From: Bdellovibrionota bacterium
GTDB taxonomy: Bacteria > Bdellovibrionota > UBA1018 > UBA923
NCBI GenBank assembly: GCA_040754655.1
Contig: JBFMCE010000030.1
Location: forward strand, 1-39,559
Reading direction: 5' to 3'
DNA length: 39,559 nucleotides
The notes under the pieces are model-generated. The model was not told the origin of the DNA, ran no database searches, and worked only from the letters and a program-made list of their open reading frames with translations. Of this stretch, positions 8,848 through 18,010 are shown piece after piece (positions within the stretch are counted from its first letter, which is position 1; each line of letters opens with the position of its first letter). The position numbers were made by a program, and so were the translations under genes.

Positions 8848-9735
8848 ATGCTTCGAAAGCTTCCTTCCGCGCCAAACTGGTCTCTATTGCTCTTCGCCCT
8901 GACTTGTTTCGCGTCAAACTCTTTGCTCTGCACCGTGGCCTTACGACCAGGCCACATCGATCCATTGAGCTTTACCAGCATCAGGCTGCTCTCGGGGGCC
9001 GTCATGCTTTCATTGATGGTTTGGACCCGAAATCCCTCCTCAAAAATTCTTTCCAAGGGGGATTGGAAATCTGGAGCTACTCTCTTCATCTATGCAATGG
9101 CTTTTTCACTTGCTTATGTCCGTATCAATGCAGGCGTGGGAGCCCTTATTCTCTTTGGAACGGTGCAGATCACCATGCTGATCTGGAACCACTATCAAAA
9201 AACAAGCCTCAACAAGAACGAAACGATCGGCTTGATCGTCGCGGTCGTGGGCCTCGCGTGGTTAGTCATTCCAGGAGCGTCGTCGCCCGATCTCATGGGT
9301 GTTTGCCTTATGATCATCGCAGGATTGAGTTGGGGCCTTTACTCGTTGAACGGGATTAAGGCGAAAGCCCCGTTGCATCTGACCGCGGGCAATTTCGGTC
9401 GCGCAGCGATCCTGTCGTTGTTTTTCATTCCATTCTCGTTTTCGAACCTGCATCTCTCAAGCCAAGGAATTGAAACCGCTCTTATCTCTGGCGCCCTGAC
9501 GTCAGGAGTCGCTTATGCGATCTGGTACACCGTTCTTCCCCACTTGAAACCCACCCTTGCATCGATCGTCCAGCTGGCTGTGCCTGTTCTGGCGGCGGCC
9601 GCCAGTATTTTGTTTTTGGGTGAAAAATCTACTTTGACGCTGCTATTTTCATCAGCGATGGTATTGGGCGGGATCGCGATCGTTATTTTCGGACGACGGG
9701 AAAAAATCGCTGCCAAACCCATTGGGCCTGCCTAA
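8848..9735 (+). CDS. DMT/EamA family transporter
   Basis: About 10 hydrophobic helices in two repeats; FTSIRLLSGA, SGVAYAIWY, QLAVPVLAA motifs. Confidence 0.9.
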   Translation: MLRKLPSAPNWSLLLFALTCFASNSLLCTVALRPGHIDPLSFTSIRLLSGAVMLSLMVWTRNPSSKILSKGDWKSGATLFIYAMAFSLAYVRINAGVGALILFGTVQITMLIWNHYQKTSLNKNETIGLIVAVVGLAWLVIPGASSPDLMGVCLMIIAGLSWGLYSLNGIKAKAPLHLTAGNFGRAAILSLFFIPFSFSNLHLSSQGIETALISGALTSGVAYAIWYTVLPHLKPTLASIVQLAVPVLAAAASILFLGEKSTLTLLFSSAMVLGGIAIVIFGRREKIAAKPIGPA

Positions 9736-9751
9736 ACAAGCACATCGACTT

Positions 9752-11527
9752 TCATTTAGGTTCCCCGCCAAACACCGCGTTCTTATATATTATCCCTATG
9801 ATGAAGGTGAGGTCGTCCGAAAGAGCCTCGTAGGTTTCGCCAAAAAACCGCTTGATCTGCTGGCTCACGGCTTCACTGATCAAGATTGCCGACTCGCCAA
9901 GCTCCCGTCTTGTTTTTGCGAGCTCTGAGAGAAAGGTGAGTTTCTTAAGCCTCTTACCGTTCTCAAGCGAGCATTCAAAAAGTCCGTCCGTGTACCAAAA
10001 GATCAAATCGCCAGCCATCAGCTGAAAAGAAACAGGTTTCACGCGGTCGATTGTCGCAGACAGGCCGAGATGAGAGCCGCTCCCTTCGATGACCATGAAG
10101 TCCTTCCGCGAAGAAGGTCCCGCTTCCTGCTTTGGCCTGTATACAAGCGGATGAAGATGAGCCGAGTTGACATGCTCAAGAATGCCGGTTTTCAAATTGA
10201 TCACCGAAATCGACATGGTCATGAGTTTCTTGCCTTTGGCCGAGCTGTACACAGCCGCATTGAGACGCTCAAGAATCTCATTGATGCAGATGAATTCGCA
10301 TGGTTTCTTTTCGTATTCGGCGATCAAACTCGTGAATGCACCGTAAACCGCGGCCGTAAGAAGCGCTGCGGATGCCCCATGCCCCGTAACATCGCCGATG
10401 ATGACGATGAGAAACGGCCCAACCTGATGGTAGAACCACCAGTCTCCGCCGCATCGAGTGGCCGCTTGCGATCGCCCACTGATGTTGGCGACGGTCGATT
10501 GAAACGCGTTTTCCGGGAAAAACAACCTTTGAACCTCTTGCGCTGTTTCGAGATCCCTCTCAAGAGCTGATTTCGCGGCTGTTTCCTTGAGAAGTTTTTT
10601 TTCCAGCATTACTTTTTCAGTGATGTCTTCTACCGCGACGATGCGCTGCGACCCTAAATCCTCTGAAGCGTCAAAGAATGAAAATGAGTAAACAAAATCA
10701 ATTCCATCCTTTTTGAATCCAACTTCATGGAACGCGTGCCCTTCCGGTGCGCGCTCTATCCACTGGAGCAGCTTTTCCCGATGCTGACCCGAGATTCCCT
10801 CGGGACAGGCATCAAGAAGGTTTCTTCCTTCGAGCATCTGGTCTTCCGAGAAAAAAAGTTTCGCGAGATGCCTCGAACAGCCGGGCAGTATTAAACCATT
10901 TTTGTCGATTTTGAAGAGGCCCAGTTTAACATTCTCAAGAATCGACCGCGTGGTGAGTTCAGCTAAAACCGCGCGTTTTGCCTCCCTTGCCGCAAACTCA
11001 ACCTGCTCTTCAAGTTTCATTCCGATGTCTTGTTTCATCAGATTCATGCAAAGATACGCCGTGATTCGACCGAATTCAGGGTTATCGAGGCAAACCTTCA
11101 CCGAGCTCACCTTAGGATAGTCGATACTGCCCCGCGTAATACGAGGCACGAGGAACGTGAGATTTGGGAAGTCCTCGCTCAGAGCTACGATCGCCTCCCC
11201 GACCACAATGTTAAGCAGCTCCTTGAGCGACGAGTCTAGCAGGTCATCTAACTTCGCGCTTGCTCCCAACTGGGCAAAAAGCTCGCTGTTCCCCACTATT
11301 TTTTTCCAGGAATCTTGGTCATTGAAACAAAGAAAGTAATCGCCGGAAATGGTGCCGCTAAAAGGAACCTGTACCCATAAGGCTTGAGTAGGATCAATCC
11401 CTTTACCCACCTGGAAAGCCTTGATCTCCTCAAGCTCGGCGTAACGGAACGAAGCCCCAAACATTCCAAGCAGTTGGGCTTTCAAGGCCTCAGAAAACGA
11501 CTTGCTATACTCGATTAACCGGCTCAT
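9752..11527 (-). CDS. CheX-like domain + PAS-like domain + PP2C/SpoIIE Ser/Thr phosphatase fusion
   Basis: N-terminus FSGTISGDYFLCF..KELLNIVVG..LVPRITRG (CheX ExxN); PAS ending EDITEK; PP2C motifs CGGDWW, IGDVTGHG, YTDGLFE, SDDLT. Confidence 0.85.
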   Translation of the reverse strand: MSRLIEYSKSFSEALKAQLLGMFGASFRYAELEEIKAFQVGKGIDPTQALWVQVPFSGTISGDYFLCFNDQDSWKKIVGNSELFAQLGASAKLDDLLDSSLKELLNIVVGEAIVALSEDFPNLTFLVPRITRGSIDYPKVSSVKVCLDNPEFGRITAYLCMNLMKQDIGMKLEEQVEFAAREAKRAVLAELTTRSILENVKLGLFKIDKNGLILPGCSRHLAKLFFSEDQMLEGRNLLDACPEGISGQHREKLLQWIERAPEGHAFHEVGFKKDGIDFVYSFSFFDASEDLGSQRIVAVEDITEKVMLEKKLLKETAAKSALERDLETAQEVQRLFFPENAFQSTVANISGRSQAATRCGGDWWFYHQVGPFLIVIIGDVTGHGASAALLTAAVYGAFTSLIAEYEKKPCEFICINEILERLNAAVYSSAKGKKLMTMSISVINLKTGILEHVNSAHLHPLVYRPKQEAGPSSRKDFMVIEGSGSHLGLSATIDRVKPVSFQLMAGDLIFWYTDGLFECSLENGKRLKKLTFLSELAKTRRELGESAILISEAVSQQIKRFFGETYEALSDDLTFIIGIIYKNAVFGGEPK

Positions 11528-11654
11528 TTTTCACGGATCCGTATCAGATCTTTCGGGCGGCTCAAGCCGCAGCTTGAACGAAATCGGGCATTTATCTCTC
11601 GTTGATGCATTTCCATAACAATCCGACAAGAGATTGAGAAGGAGCGGCTCAAAG

Positions 11655-14600
11655 ATGAAGCTTCGCGGCTACCAATTGCTTGGAAAGATAAGCGACACCC
11701 GAAAAGTGGTCGTATATCGCGGTTTCAAGCTGACCGATCCCAATCATTCTCTAGTCTTCAAAGCGCTGAAACCGTTGGGAGATGCTCTCACCAACGCAGC
11801 AGTCACCGAGCTTCTTCACGAATACGAAGTCATCAAACAACTTCAGTCTGAGAATATCATTCACGCCTTTGACGTGATCCATACCAATGAAAGCGTTGTC
11901 CTGATTCTTGAAGACTTCGGCGGCATTTCACTGAAAGAATTCATGGCGGGAAAGCCGCTTCCGCTTGCCACTTTCTTGAAAATAGCGATTCAGGTCGCCC
12001 GAGCGCTCTCTGAAATCCACGCGAAAAACATCATCCACAAAGACATCAAGCCGCACAACATCCTCATCGATAAAAGCGGCAAGATCGTAAAGATCACTGA
12101 TTTCGGGATCGCCTCGCAAATCACCCGTGAAAATGAAGCGATCTATTCGAACGAGGTCTTGCAAGGAACGCTTCCTTACATCTCGCCAGAGCAATCAGGC
12201 CGCATGAACAGGAGCATCGACTACCGCACTGACCTCTATTCGCTGGGGGTCACCTTCTATGAAATGCTCACAGGGCGCGTGCCCTTCGAATCAAAAGATC
12301 CAATGGAGCTGATCCATTGCCATCTTGCGAAGTATCCGCCTCCTCCGTCATCCGTGAACTCAACGGTTCCCCAAGTCCTGTCAGACATCGTCCTAAAACT
12401 TCTATCAAAGACCGCTGAAGACAGATATCAAAGCTCAAAAGGCCTTCTTTTCGATCTCGAAACCTGCCTGTCTTCCCTGGAAGAAAACAGAACGATCAGG
12501 CCTTTCAAGATCGGGGAAAAAGATTACACAGGAAAGTTCTCAATCCCCAAAAAACTGTATGGAAGGGAACGCGATAGCGAGGCTCTCTTGGCCGCCTTCG
12601 ACCGCGCCTGCAAAGGATCGGTAGAGCTGATGCTGGTTTCGGGAAGTCCAGGCATCGGAAAGTCGGCGCTCATCCAAGAGATCCATCGGCCCATCACGCG
12701 CCAAAAAGGATACTTCGTCTCGGGAAAATACGATCAGTTTCGAAAAGACATGCCTTATAGCGCGCTCATCCAGGCGCTGCAGGGCCTGATCAAGCAACTC
12801 CTGACTGAAAGCCCGGAAAGGGTAGAACACTGGAAGCGCGAAATCGAAAATGCCCTCGGACCTCACGCCAGGGTCATGATCGACCTGATTCCTGAATTGA
12901 AAGCGATCATCGGAGAGCACAGCGAGGCCCCTGCCTTAGACCCCATTCAAGCCCAAGTGAGATTCCTAAACTGCTTCCTGAGCCTCATTCAGGTTTTCAC
13001 GTCGAAAGAACATCCGCTGGCTATTTTCCTGGATGACCTGCAATGGGCCGATCTGGCGAGCCTAGATTTGATCAAATCACTATTGAACCGGCCCAACTGC
13101 CAGTCATTTTATCTGATTTGTTCTTACCGCGATAGCGAAGTGACCGCCGCCCATCCCTTCTCTCATGCGATCGAAGAACTGAAAAAAACCGGCACCCCTA
13201 TCGCGCGGATCACGTTGACGGGCCTAGACTTTGAGTCGGTTTCTCGTTTGTTGTCTGAAACCCTGAATCTAGATGGCACCCGAGTTGAGGCGCTTGCACG
13301 GGTCATCCTCAAGCGCACCGGCGGCAACCCGTTCTACATTCGGCAGTTCCTTGATGAGCTGCGGAGGGAATCGTTCTTCAAGTTTGATGAAAAGACCTCG
13401 ACCTGGTCATGGCAGCTGGAAGACATCCATCAACTGCCAGCCACCGAAAACGTCGTGGAACTCATGACTCAGAAAATTCGAAAACTTCACCCGGACACGC
13501 AAGAAGTCTTGCACCTGGCCTCATGCATCGGGAATAGCTTCGACCTCGAGACGCTTTCGCTGCTCTATGAAAAAACACCGAAAGAAACATTCGCTGCCCT
13601 AAGCGCCGCAATCGAACAAGATTACGTCCTCAACTCAAAAGGGCTCATGCGTTTTGTCCACGACAAGATACAAGAGGCCGCCTACGGACTGACTTCGCCC
13701 GAGAAAAGAAAACAAACCCACCTTAAAATCGGCCAAAGCCTGCTTCACCGAACCAAGGCGAATCAAGAATCAGAATCGTTCTTTGATGTCGTCGACCACC
13801 TCAACATCGCGCAAGAGCTGATCACCAGGGAGACGGATAAAGTAGAGCTGGCTCGCCTAAACCTATACGCAGGAAAACGGGCGAAAAGCTCGACCGCATA
13901 CCCGGCGGCCGCAGAGTTTTTTAGGTTGGGAATCGATGCCCTGCCAGGGGATTATTGGAAAAACCACTACGAGGTCGCCATTGAGCTCTTCCTTCAAAAG
14001 GCCGAGTGCGAATATCTTTGCGGTCGGATGGAAGAAACTGAAAGGGTTTTCCACAAGATTATTTCCCAGGCCAAACGGCGAGACGATCTGGCGCAGGCCC
14101 GCCTCATCTTATTGATCCAGAAAATGCATCAGGGCAGATACGCAGAGGCGGTTCAGCTGGGTCTCGATGCCTTGAAACTCTATGGAGTTGATCTACCCCT
14201 TAAACCCTCGCGCATTCGAATCAAATTCGAACAGTGGCGCGCCAAGCGTTTGTTGGGGAAAAGACGGGTTCTCGATCTAGCGAGCATGCCTGACATGACA
14301 GAACCCGACAAACGCCTGGTCGTCAAGATCATGAATTTCTTCTCAAGCTCGGCTTATCTTGCGAACTACAAGAATCTTTACGCGCTCATCGGCATCAAAA
14401 TGTCGGCGATGTCATTCAAGTTCGGCAATAACTACGACGTCGTAAACAGAGGATATGGGCTCTTGGCTGCGAGTCTCATACAAATCTCCGGCGACTTCAA
14501 GATGGGTCATGAATTTGGGCTTTTGGCCATCGCCTTGGGTGAAAAATACAACAACGTGGTCGCCAAGGGCGGCGCCAACTTCATGTTTGGCGCCTTCATC

Positions 14601-17600
14601 AACTTCTGGAATAAACCGCTCGATTTTAGGATCTTGAGGAAGGGATATCAGTGCACCTACGAGGCCGGCGACCTTAACCGAGCCGGCTACAGTCTTGCGC
14701 ATTTGATCGCCCAAATGTCGTTTCTTGGAAATAACTTGGAAGAGGTCACGACGCTTCACGACAAACACATCGATTTCATCCGTCAGCAAAGCGGTTGGGG
14801 GCCAGCTGCCTTCATGGGGGCCTATCATTGGGCGAGCTGCCTCATGGGGAGAAAGAAGGACCCTGAGGCGTTCAATGACCAAATATTCGACGAGGATCGT
14901 TTCTACGAATCACTGCCTGACGAATCTTCGAAAGGATTCTTCAGAGTGTTCCAGATCAAGCACCGCTTCGTCTTCGGCCAATACGATAGCGCCTACCGAA
15001 TGAGTTTTGAAAACGCTATTGAAACGGTGAACAGCATGTATGCCACGATGTTCATCCCGGAATATTGTTTCATCGCGGCTTTGGCGATCACCAAGGTTCA
15101 AAAGAACCTCCCGCTGATCAAGAGACTGAAAAATCTCAGGCTTCTTAACTATTATTTGAGCAAGCTGCGTCTTTGGTCTGAGAATTGTCCTGAAAACTTC
15201 GCGCACAAATTGCTTCTAGTTGAAGCCGAAGTCGCGCGAATGCGAGACAAGCCTGAGCAAGCTCAGCGACTCTACGAGGCCGCCATCGACTCGGCTTTTG
15301 AAAACAATTATCTGATAAACGCCGCGATAGGCTGCGAACTCGCTTGCAACTATTACCTCACGCTCGGCATGCGCACGGTCGCCCAAAGTTACATCACCAA
15401 AGCCTTCAGCATTTATTCGAGGTTGGGCGCGACTGCCAAGGCGAAGCATCTTGAAACCACTTACCAGGGTCTCTTAAGCCTTGTCGTCCCGCAGGCCCAG
15501 AGAAGGCTCGACCCGAATTCAACTTCGTCGTTGGGCACCGAGACGACCCTCGACCTCAATACTGTGATCAAATCCACGCAATCGATTTCCGAGCAAATCC
15601 ATGCGAGCAAGATCTTGGATGATCTAATGCGGCTCTCGATCGAAAATGCCGGAGCGCAGAAGGGCTTCTTCATCATAGAAAAAGATGGAAAGCTCGTCAT
15701 TGAAGCGTCTCGGACGATCGATGGTGAAGTTCGGCATGAGAATAAGCTCCTTAATGACTCCGACGAGCTCTCACACTCCGTCGTCCATTTCGTGTTTCGT
15801 TCCGCCCAGAGCTTGGTGCTCGACAATGCTTCCCAAGATGAACGCTTCATGGAAGACCCTTATGTGGTCAACGTGAAACCAAAGTCGATCCTTTGCATTC
15901 CGGTCATTAAACAGGCCACGACGATGGGCCTGCTCTATCTTGAAAACAACCTTGGCGAAGGATCCTTCACCAACCAACGTATAGAGATTCTAAAGATCTT
16001 AGCCTCGCAAAGCGCGATCTCGCTTGAAAACGCCAGACTCTACGAAGAATTGCAAGAGTACAATCAAACGCTGGAAGCCCGGGTGAAGAGCCGAACCAAG
16101 GAAATCTCTGACCTGTTGAACTCGATCGATCAAGGGATATTCACGGTAAACGACGACCTTAGCGTCAATCAAGAGCACTCCAGCCGAGCCACATCGCTTT
16201 TTGGAATTTCAGAATTCAAGGGGGCTCAGCTCAAAGACATCCTGAAGTTTACTGAAACGCAGCAAAAAGCTTTTAAGGAATGGCTTGAGGTCGCCAGCCG
16301 CCCCCAAAATTTGAAAAGGTGGAGGAAATACAAGCAGCTCGCGCCTGTTCAAGAGATTGACAAGCCAAGTGAAAATGGCAAGCGATCGATTTTAGAGATT
16401 GATTACCAGCCGGTCACTGAAGATGACCGCTTTCAAAAACTAATGGTCCTGGGAAAAGACATCACCGAAAAGAGACTCGCTGAAGAAGCCCTCATCCTGC
16501 TCAAGAAAGAACAAGAGGCGCAGATGGGGCGGTTGACCGGAATCATAGGCCACGATTCGGCATTGGTCCTCGAGCTGCTCGACCAAACCGCTTCGGTGAT
16601 AGAAACACTTTCAAAGATCTCGCTAAAATCTGAAATCGAAGCGAATACCGAAGCCCTTTTTCGCCAGGTCCACACTTTGAAAGGCAACACAGGCTCTTAT
16701 GGATTTCAGGTCCTTGCTCAAATCTCAGGCCGCTTAGAGGATATCCTGCAATCCTTCCGTGATCACGACCCCAGTGCCCCCCTCTTGATGGCTGACTGGA
16801 AAAAAACGGTCGAGGACCTCAAAGAGGAATACAAGAAGACTTGCGACGTGCGCGACCGAATCTCATCAGATACGAAAAAGCAGATCAGAGTCGACAGAGC
16901 TTCTTATGAAGCCCTGCTCTCCAAGTTGAAACGCGGGCAAGTCACCCTGAATGAGGTCGAACGGGATTTGATCGCCCTTGAATCAATTGCATTCGGAGCC
17001 TTTTCCAAGAAGTTCTCGAATATCGTGCGAATCTATCGAGAGAGCAGTGGGAAAGAGATTCTCGACCTCGTCATCCATAATCCTGAGATGTTGCTGCACC
17101 GCAACTTGGCTCTGGCCTACGATGATATTTGCCTTCACCTCATCCGAAATGCGATCGACCATGGCATAGAACCTATTGAAGAAAGGCGCGGGAAGGGCAA
17201 GGGTGCCGGCAAAATCGAAATAAAGCTTGAGTTCCTTGATCCAAAAAAAGAGTGCTGTCTCACCATCGCCGACGATGGAAGAGGAATTGACCCAGACCAG
17301 ATAGCCCGCTCCGCCGTCGACAAGGGACTGGTCTCGTCTTCCGAGACTGACTCCCTATCAGACCAAGAAAAAATCTCACTCATCTTCAAACCTGGCTTTT
17401 CGACCAAGTCCCATGTCTCTGAAATAAGCGGCCGTGGGGTAGGATTGGACGTCGTCCAGTCGCAGGCGCTTCAATACAATGGACGAGTGGAAATCAACAC
17501 CAAGATGGGCCTCGGCACAACTTTTAAAGTTTACCTTCCTATCGATTTAATGCAGAACGGCTTACGACCAGGAAAAACAGAATCCAAAGCCAACGCGGCT

Positions 17601-17603
17601 TGA
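11655..17603 (+). CDS. Hybrid Ser/Thr kinase - AAA ATPase - helical repeats - GAF - PAS - HPt - CheA-type HATPase
   Basis: HKDIKPHN, DFG, GTLPYISPEQ; Walker A GSPGIGKS and Walker B IFLDDLQWAD; GAF KSILCIP..LYLENN..QSAISLENARLY; HPt FRQVHTLKG; HLIRNAIDHG, DDGRGID, IFKPGFST, SGRGVGLDVV. Confidence 0.93.
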   Translation: MKLRGYQLLGKISDTRKVVVYRGFKLTDPNHSLVFKALKPLGDALTNAAVTELLHEYEVIKQLQSENIIHAFDVIHTNESVVLILEDFGGISLKEFMAGKPLPLATFLKIAIQVARALSEIHAKNIIHKDIKPHNILIDKSGKIVKITDFGIASQITRENEAIYSNEVLQGTLPYISPEQSGRMNRSIDYRTDLYSLGVTFYEMLTGRVPFESKDPMELIHCHLAKYPPPPSSVNSTVPQVLSDIVLKLLSKTAEDRYQSSKGLLFDLETCLSSLEENRTIRPFKIGEKDYTGKFSIPKKLYGRERDSEALLAAFDRACKGSVELMLVSGSPGIGKSALIQEIHRPITRQKGYFVSGKYDQFRKDMPYSALIQALQGLIKQLLTESPERVEHWKREIENALGPHARVMIDLIPELKAIIGEHSEAPALDPIQAQVRFLNCFLSLIQVFTSKEHPLAIFLDDLQWADLASLDLIKSLLNRPNCQSFYLICSYRDSEVTAAHPFSHAIEELKKTGTPIARITLTGLDFESVSRLLSETLNLDGTRVEALARVILKRTGGNPFYIRQFLDELRRESFFKFDEKTSTWSWQLEDIHQLPATENVVELMTQKIRKLHPDTQEVLHLASCIGNSFDLETLSLLYEKTPKETFAALSAAIEQDYVLNSKGLMRFVHDKIQEAAYGLTSPEKRKQTHLKIGQSLLHRTKANQESESFFDVVDHLNIAQELITRETDKVELARLNLYAGKRAKSSTAYPAAAEFFRLGIDALPGDYWKNHYEVAIELFLQKAECEYLCGRMEETERVFHKIISQAKRRDDLAQARLILLIQKMHQGRYAEAVQLGLDALKLYGVDLPLKPSRIRIKFEQWRAKRLLGKRRVLDLASMPDMTEPDKRLVVKIMNFFSSSAYLANYKNLYALIGIKMSAMSFKFGNNYDVVNRGYGLLAASLIQISGDFKMGHEFGLLAIALGEKYNNVVAKGGANFMFGAFINFWNKPLDFRILRKGYQCTYEAGDLNRAGYSLAHLIAQMSFLGNNLEEVTTLHDKHIDFIRQQSGWGPAAFMGAYHWASCLMGRKKDPEAFNDQIFDEDRFYESLPDESSKGFFRVFQIKHRFVFGQYDSAYRMSFENAIETVNSMYATMFIPEYCFIAALAITKVQKNLPLIKRLKNLRLLNYYLSKLRLWSENCPENFAHKLLLVEAEVARMRDKPEQAQRLYEAAIDSAFENNYLINAAIGCELACNYYLTLGMRTVAQSYITKAFSIYSRLGATAKAKHLETTYQGLLSLVVPQAQRRLDPNSTSSLGTETTLDLNTVIKSTQSISEQIHASKILDDLMRLSIENAGAQKGFFIIEKDGKLVIEASRTIDGEVRHENKLLNDSDELSHSVVHFVFRSAQSLVLDNASQDERFMEDPYVVNVKPKSILCIPVIKQATTMGLLYLENNLGEGSFTNQRIEILKILASQSAISLENARLYEELQEYNQTLEARVKSRTKEISDLLNSIDQGIFTVNDDLSVNQEHSSRATSLFGISEFKGAQLKDILKFTETQQKAFKEWLEVASRPQNLKRWRKYKQLAPVQEIDKPSENGKRSILEIDYQPVTEDDRFQKLMVLGKDITEKRLAEEALILLKKEQEAQMGRLTGIIGHDSALVLELLDQTASVIETLSKISLKSEIEANTEALFRQVHTLKGNTGSYGFQVLAQISGRLEDILQSFRDHDPSAPLLMADWKKTVEDLKEEYKKTCDVRDRISSDTKKQIRVDRASYEALLSKLKRGQVTLNEVERDLIALESIAFGAFSKKFSNIVRIYRESSGKEILDLVIHNPEMLLHRNLALAYDDICLHLIRNAIDHGIEPIEERRGKGKGAGKIEIKLEFLDPKKECCLTIADDGRGIDPDQIARSAVDKGLVSSSETDSLSDQEKISLIFKPGFSTKSHVSEISGRGVGLDVVQSQALQYNGRVEINTKMGLGTTFKVYLPIDLMQNGLRPGKTESKANAA

Positions 17604-17617
17604 AATGGAGTCGGAAA

Positions 17618-18001
17618 ATGGCCAAAGTCCTTATTGTCGATGACGCGTTATTGATCCGGATGCAGTTGAAAAAGCTTTTCGAGGAAACTCTTCGATATGA
17701 AGTAGTCGCCTTGGGTCAAGATGGAAACGAAGCCGTTACCCTTTTCAAACAGCATCAGCCTGACCTCGTGACCCTGGATATCACTATGCCGAATAAAGAT
17801 GGGCTCGAGGCTCTCAAAGAAATCTTGGCGATCGATCCAAGCGCTCGAATTTTCGTGGTCAGCGCGATCAAAGACTCGCCAAAGATCACCGAGGCTCTAA
17901 AGCTTGGCGCAAAAGGATTTCTCTCTAAGCCCCTCGAAGTGAACAACGCGAACTTCATAAAAGAGTTCGTCGAAGAGATCACTGAAGCCATGGAATCATG
18001 A
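17618..18001 (+). CDS. Single-domain CheY-like response regulator
   Basis: VLIVDD, TLDITMP (phospho-Asp), VVSA, SKP; GGAG RBS; starts 14 nt after the kinase stop. Confidence 0.93.
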   Translation: MAKVLIVDDALLIRMQLKKLFEETLRYEVVALGQDGNEAVTLFKQHQPDLVTLDITMPNKDGLEALKEILAIDPSARIFVVSAIKDSPKITEALKLGAKGFLSKPLEVNNANFIKEFVEEITEAMES

Positions 18002-18010
18002 CCCGCTTAT

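Noticed and set aside
11670..11730. Missing GxGxxG loop suggesting a dead Ser/Thr kinase
   Set aside because: The catalytic Lys, HKDIKPHN, DFG and SPE are intact, and a degenerate G-loop is usual in this hybrid family.
11655..15500. Avs/NLR-like anti-phage STAND system
   Set aside because: The kinase-AAA-GAF layout fits HstK-type signalling proteins; there is no nuclease or other toxic effector and no defence-island context.
11655..18001. Canonical chemotaxis operon (cheA-cheY)
   Set aside because: No P5/CheW domain and no cheW/cheR/cheB nearby, so gene symbols were withheld.
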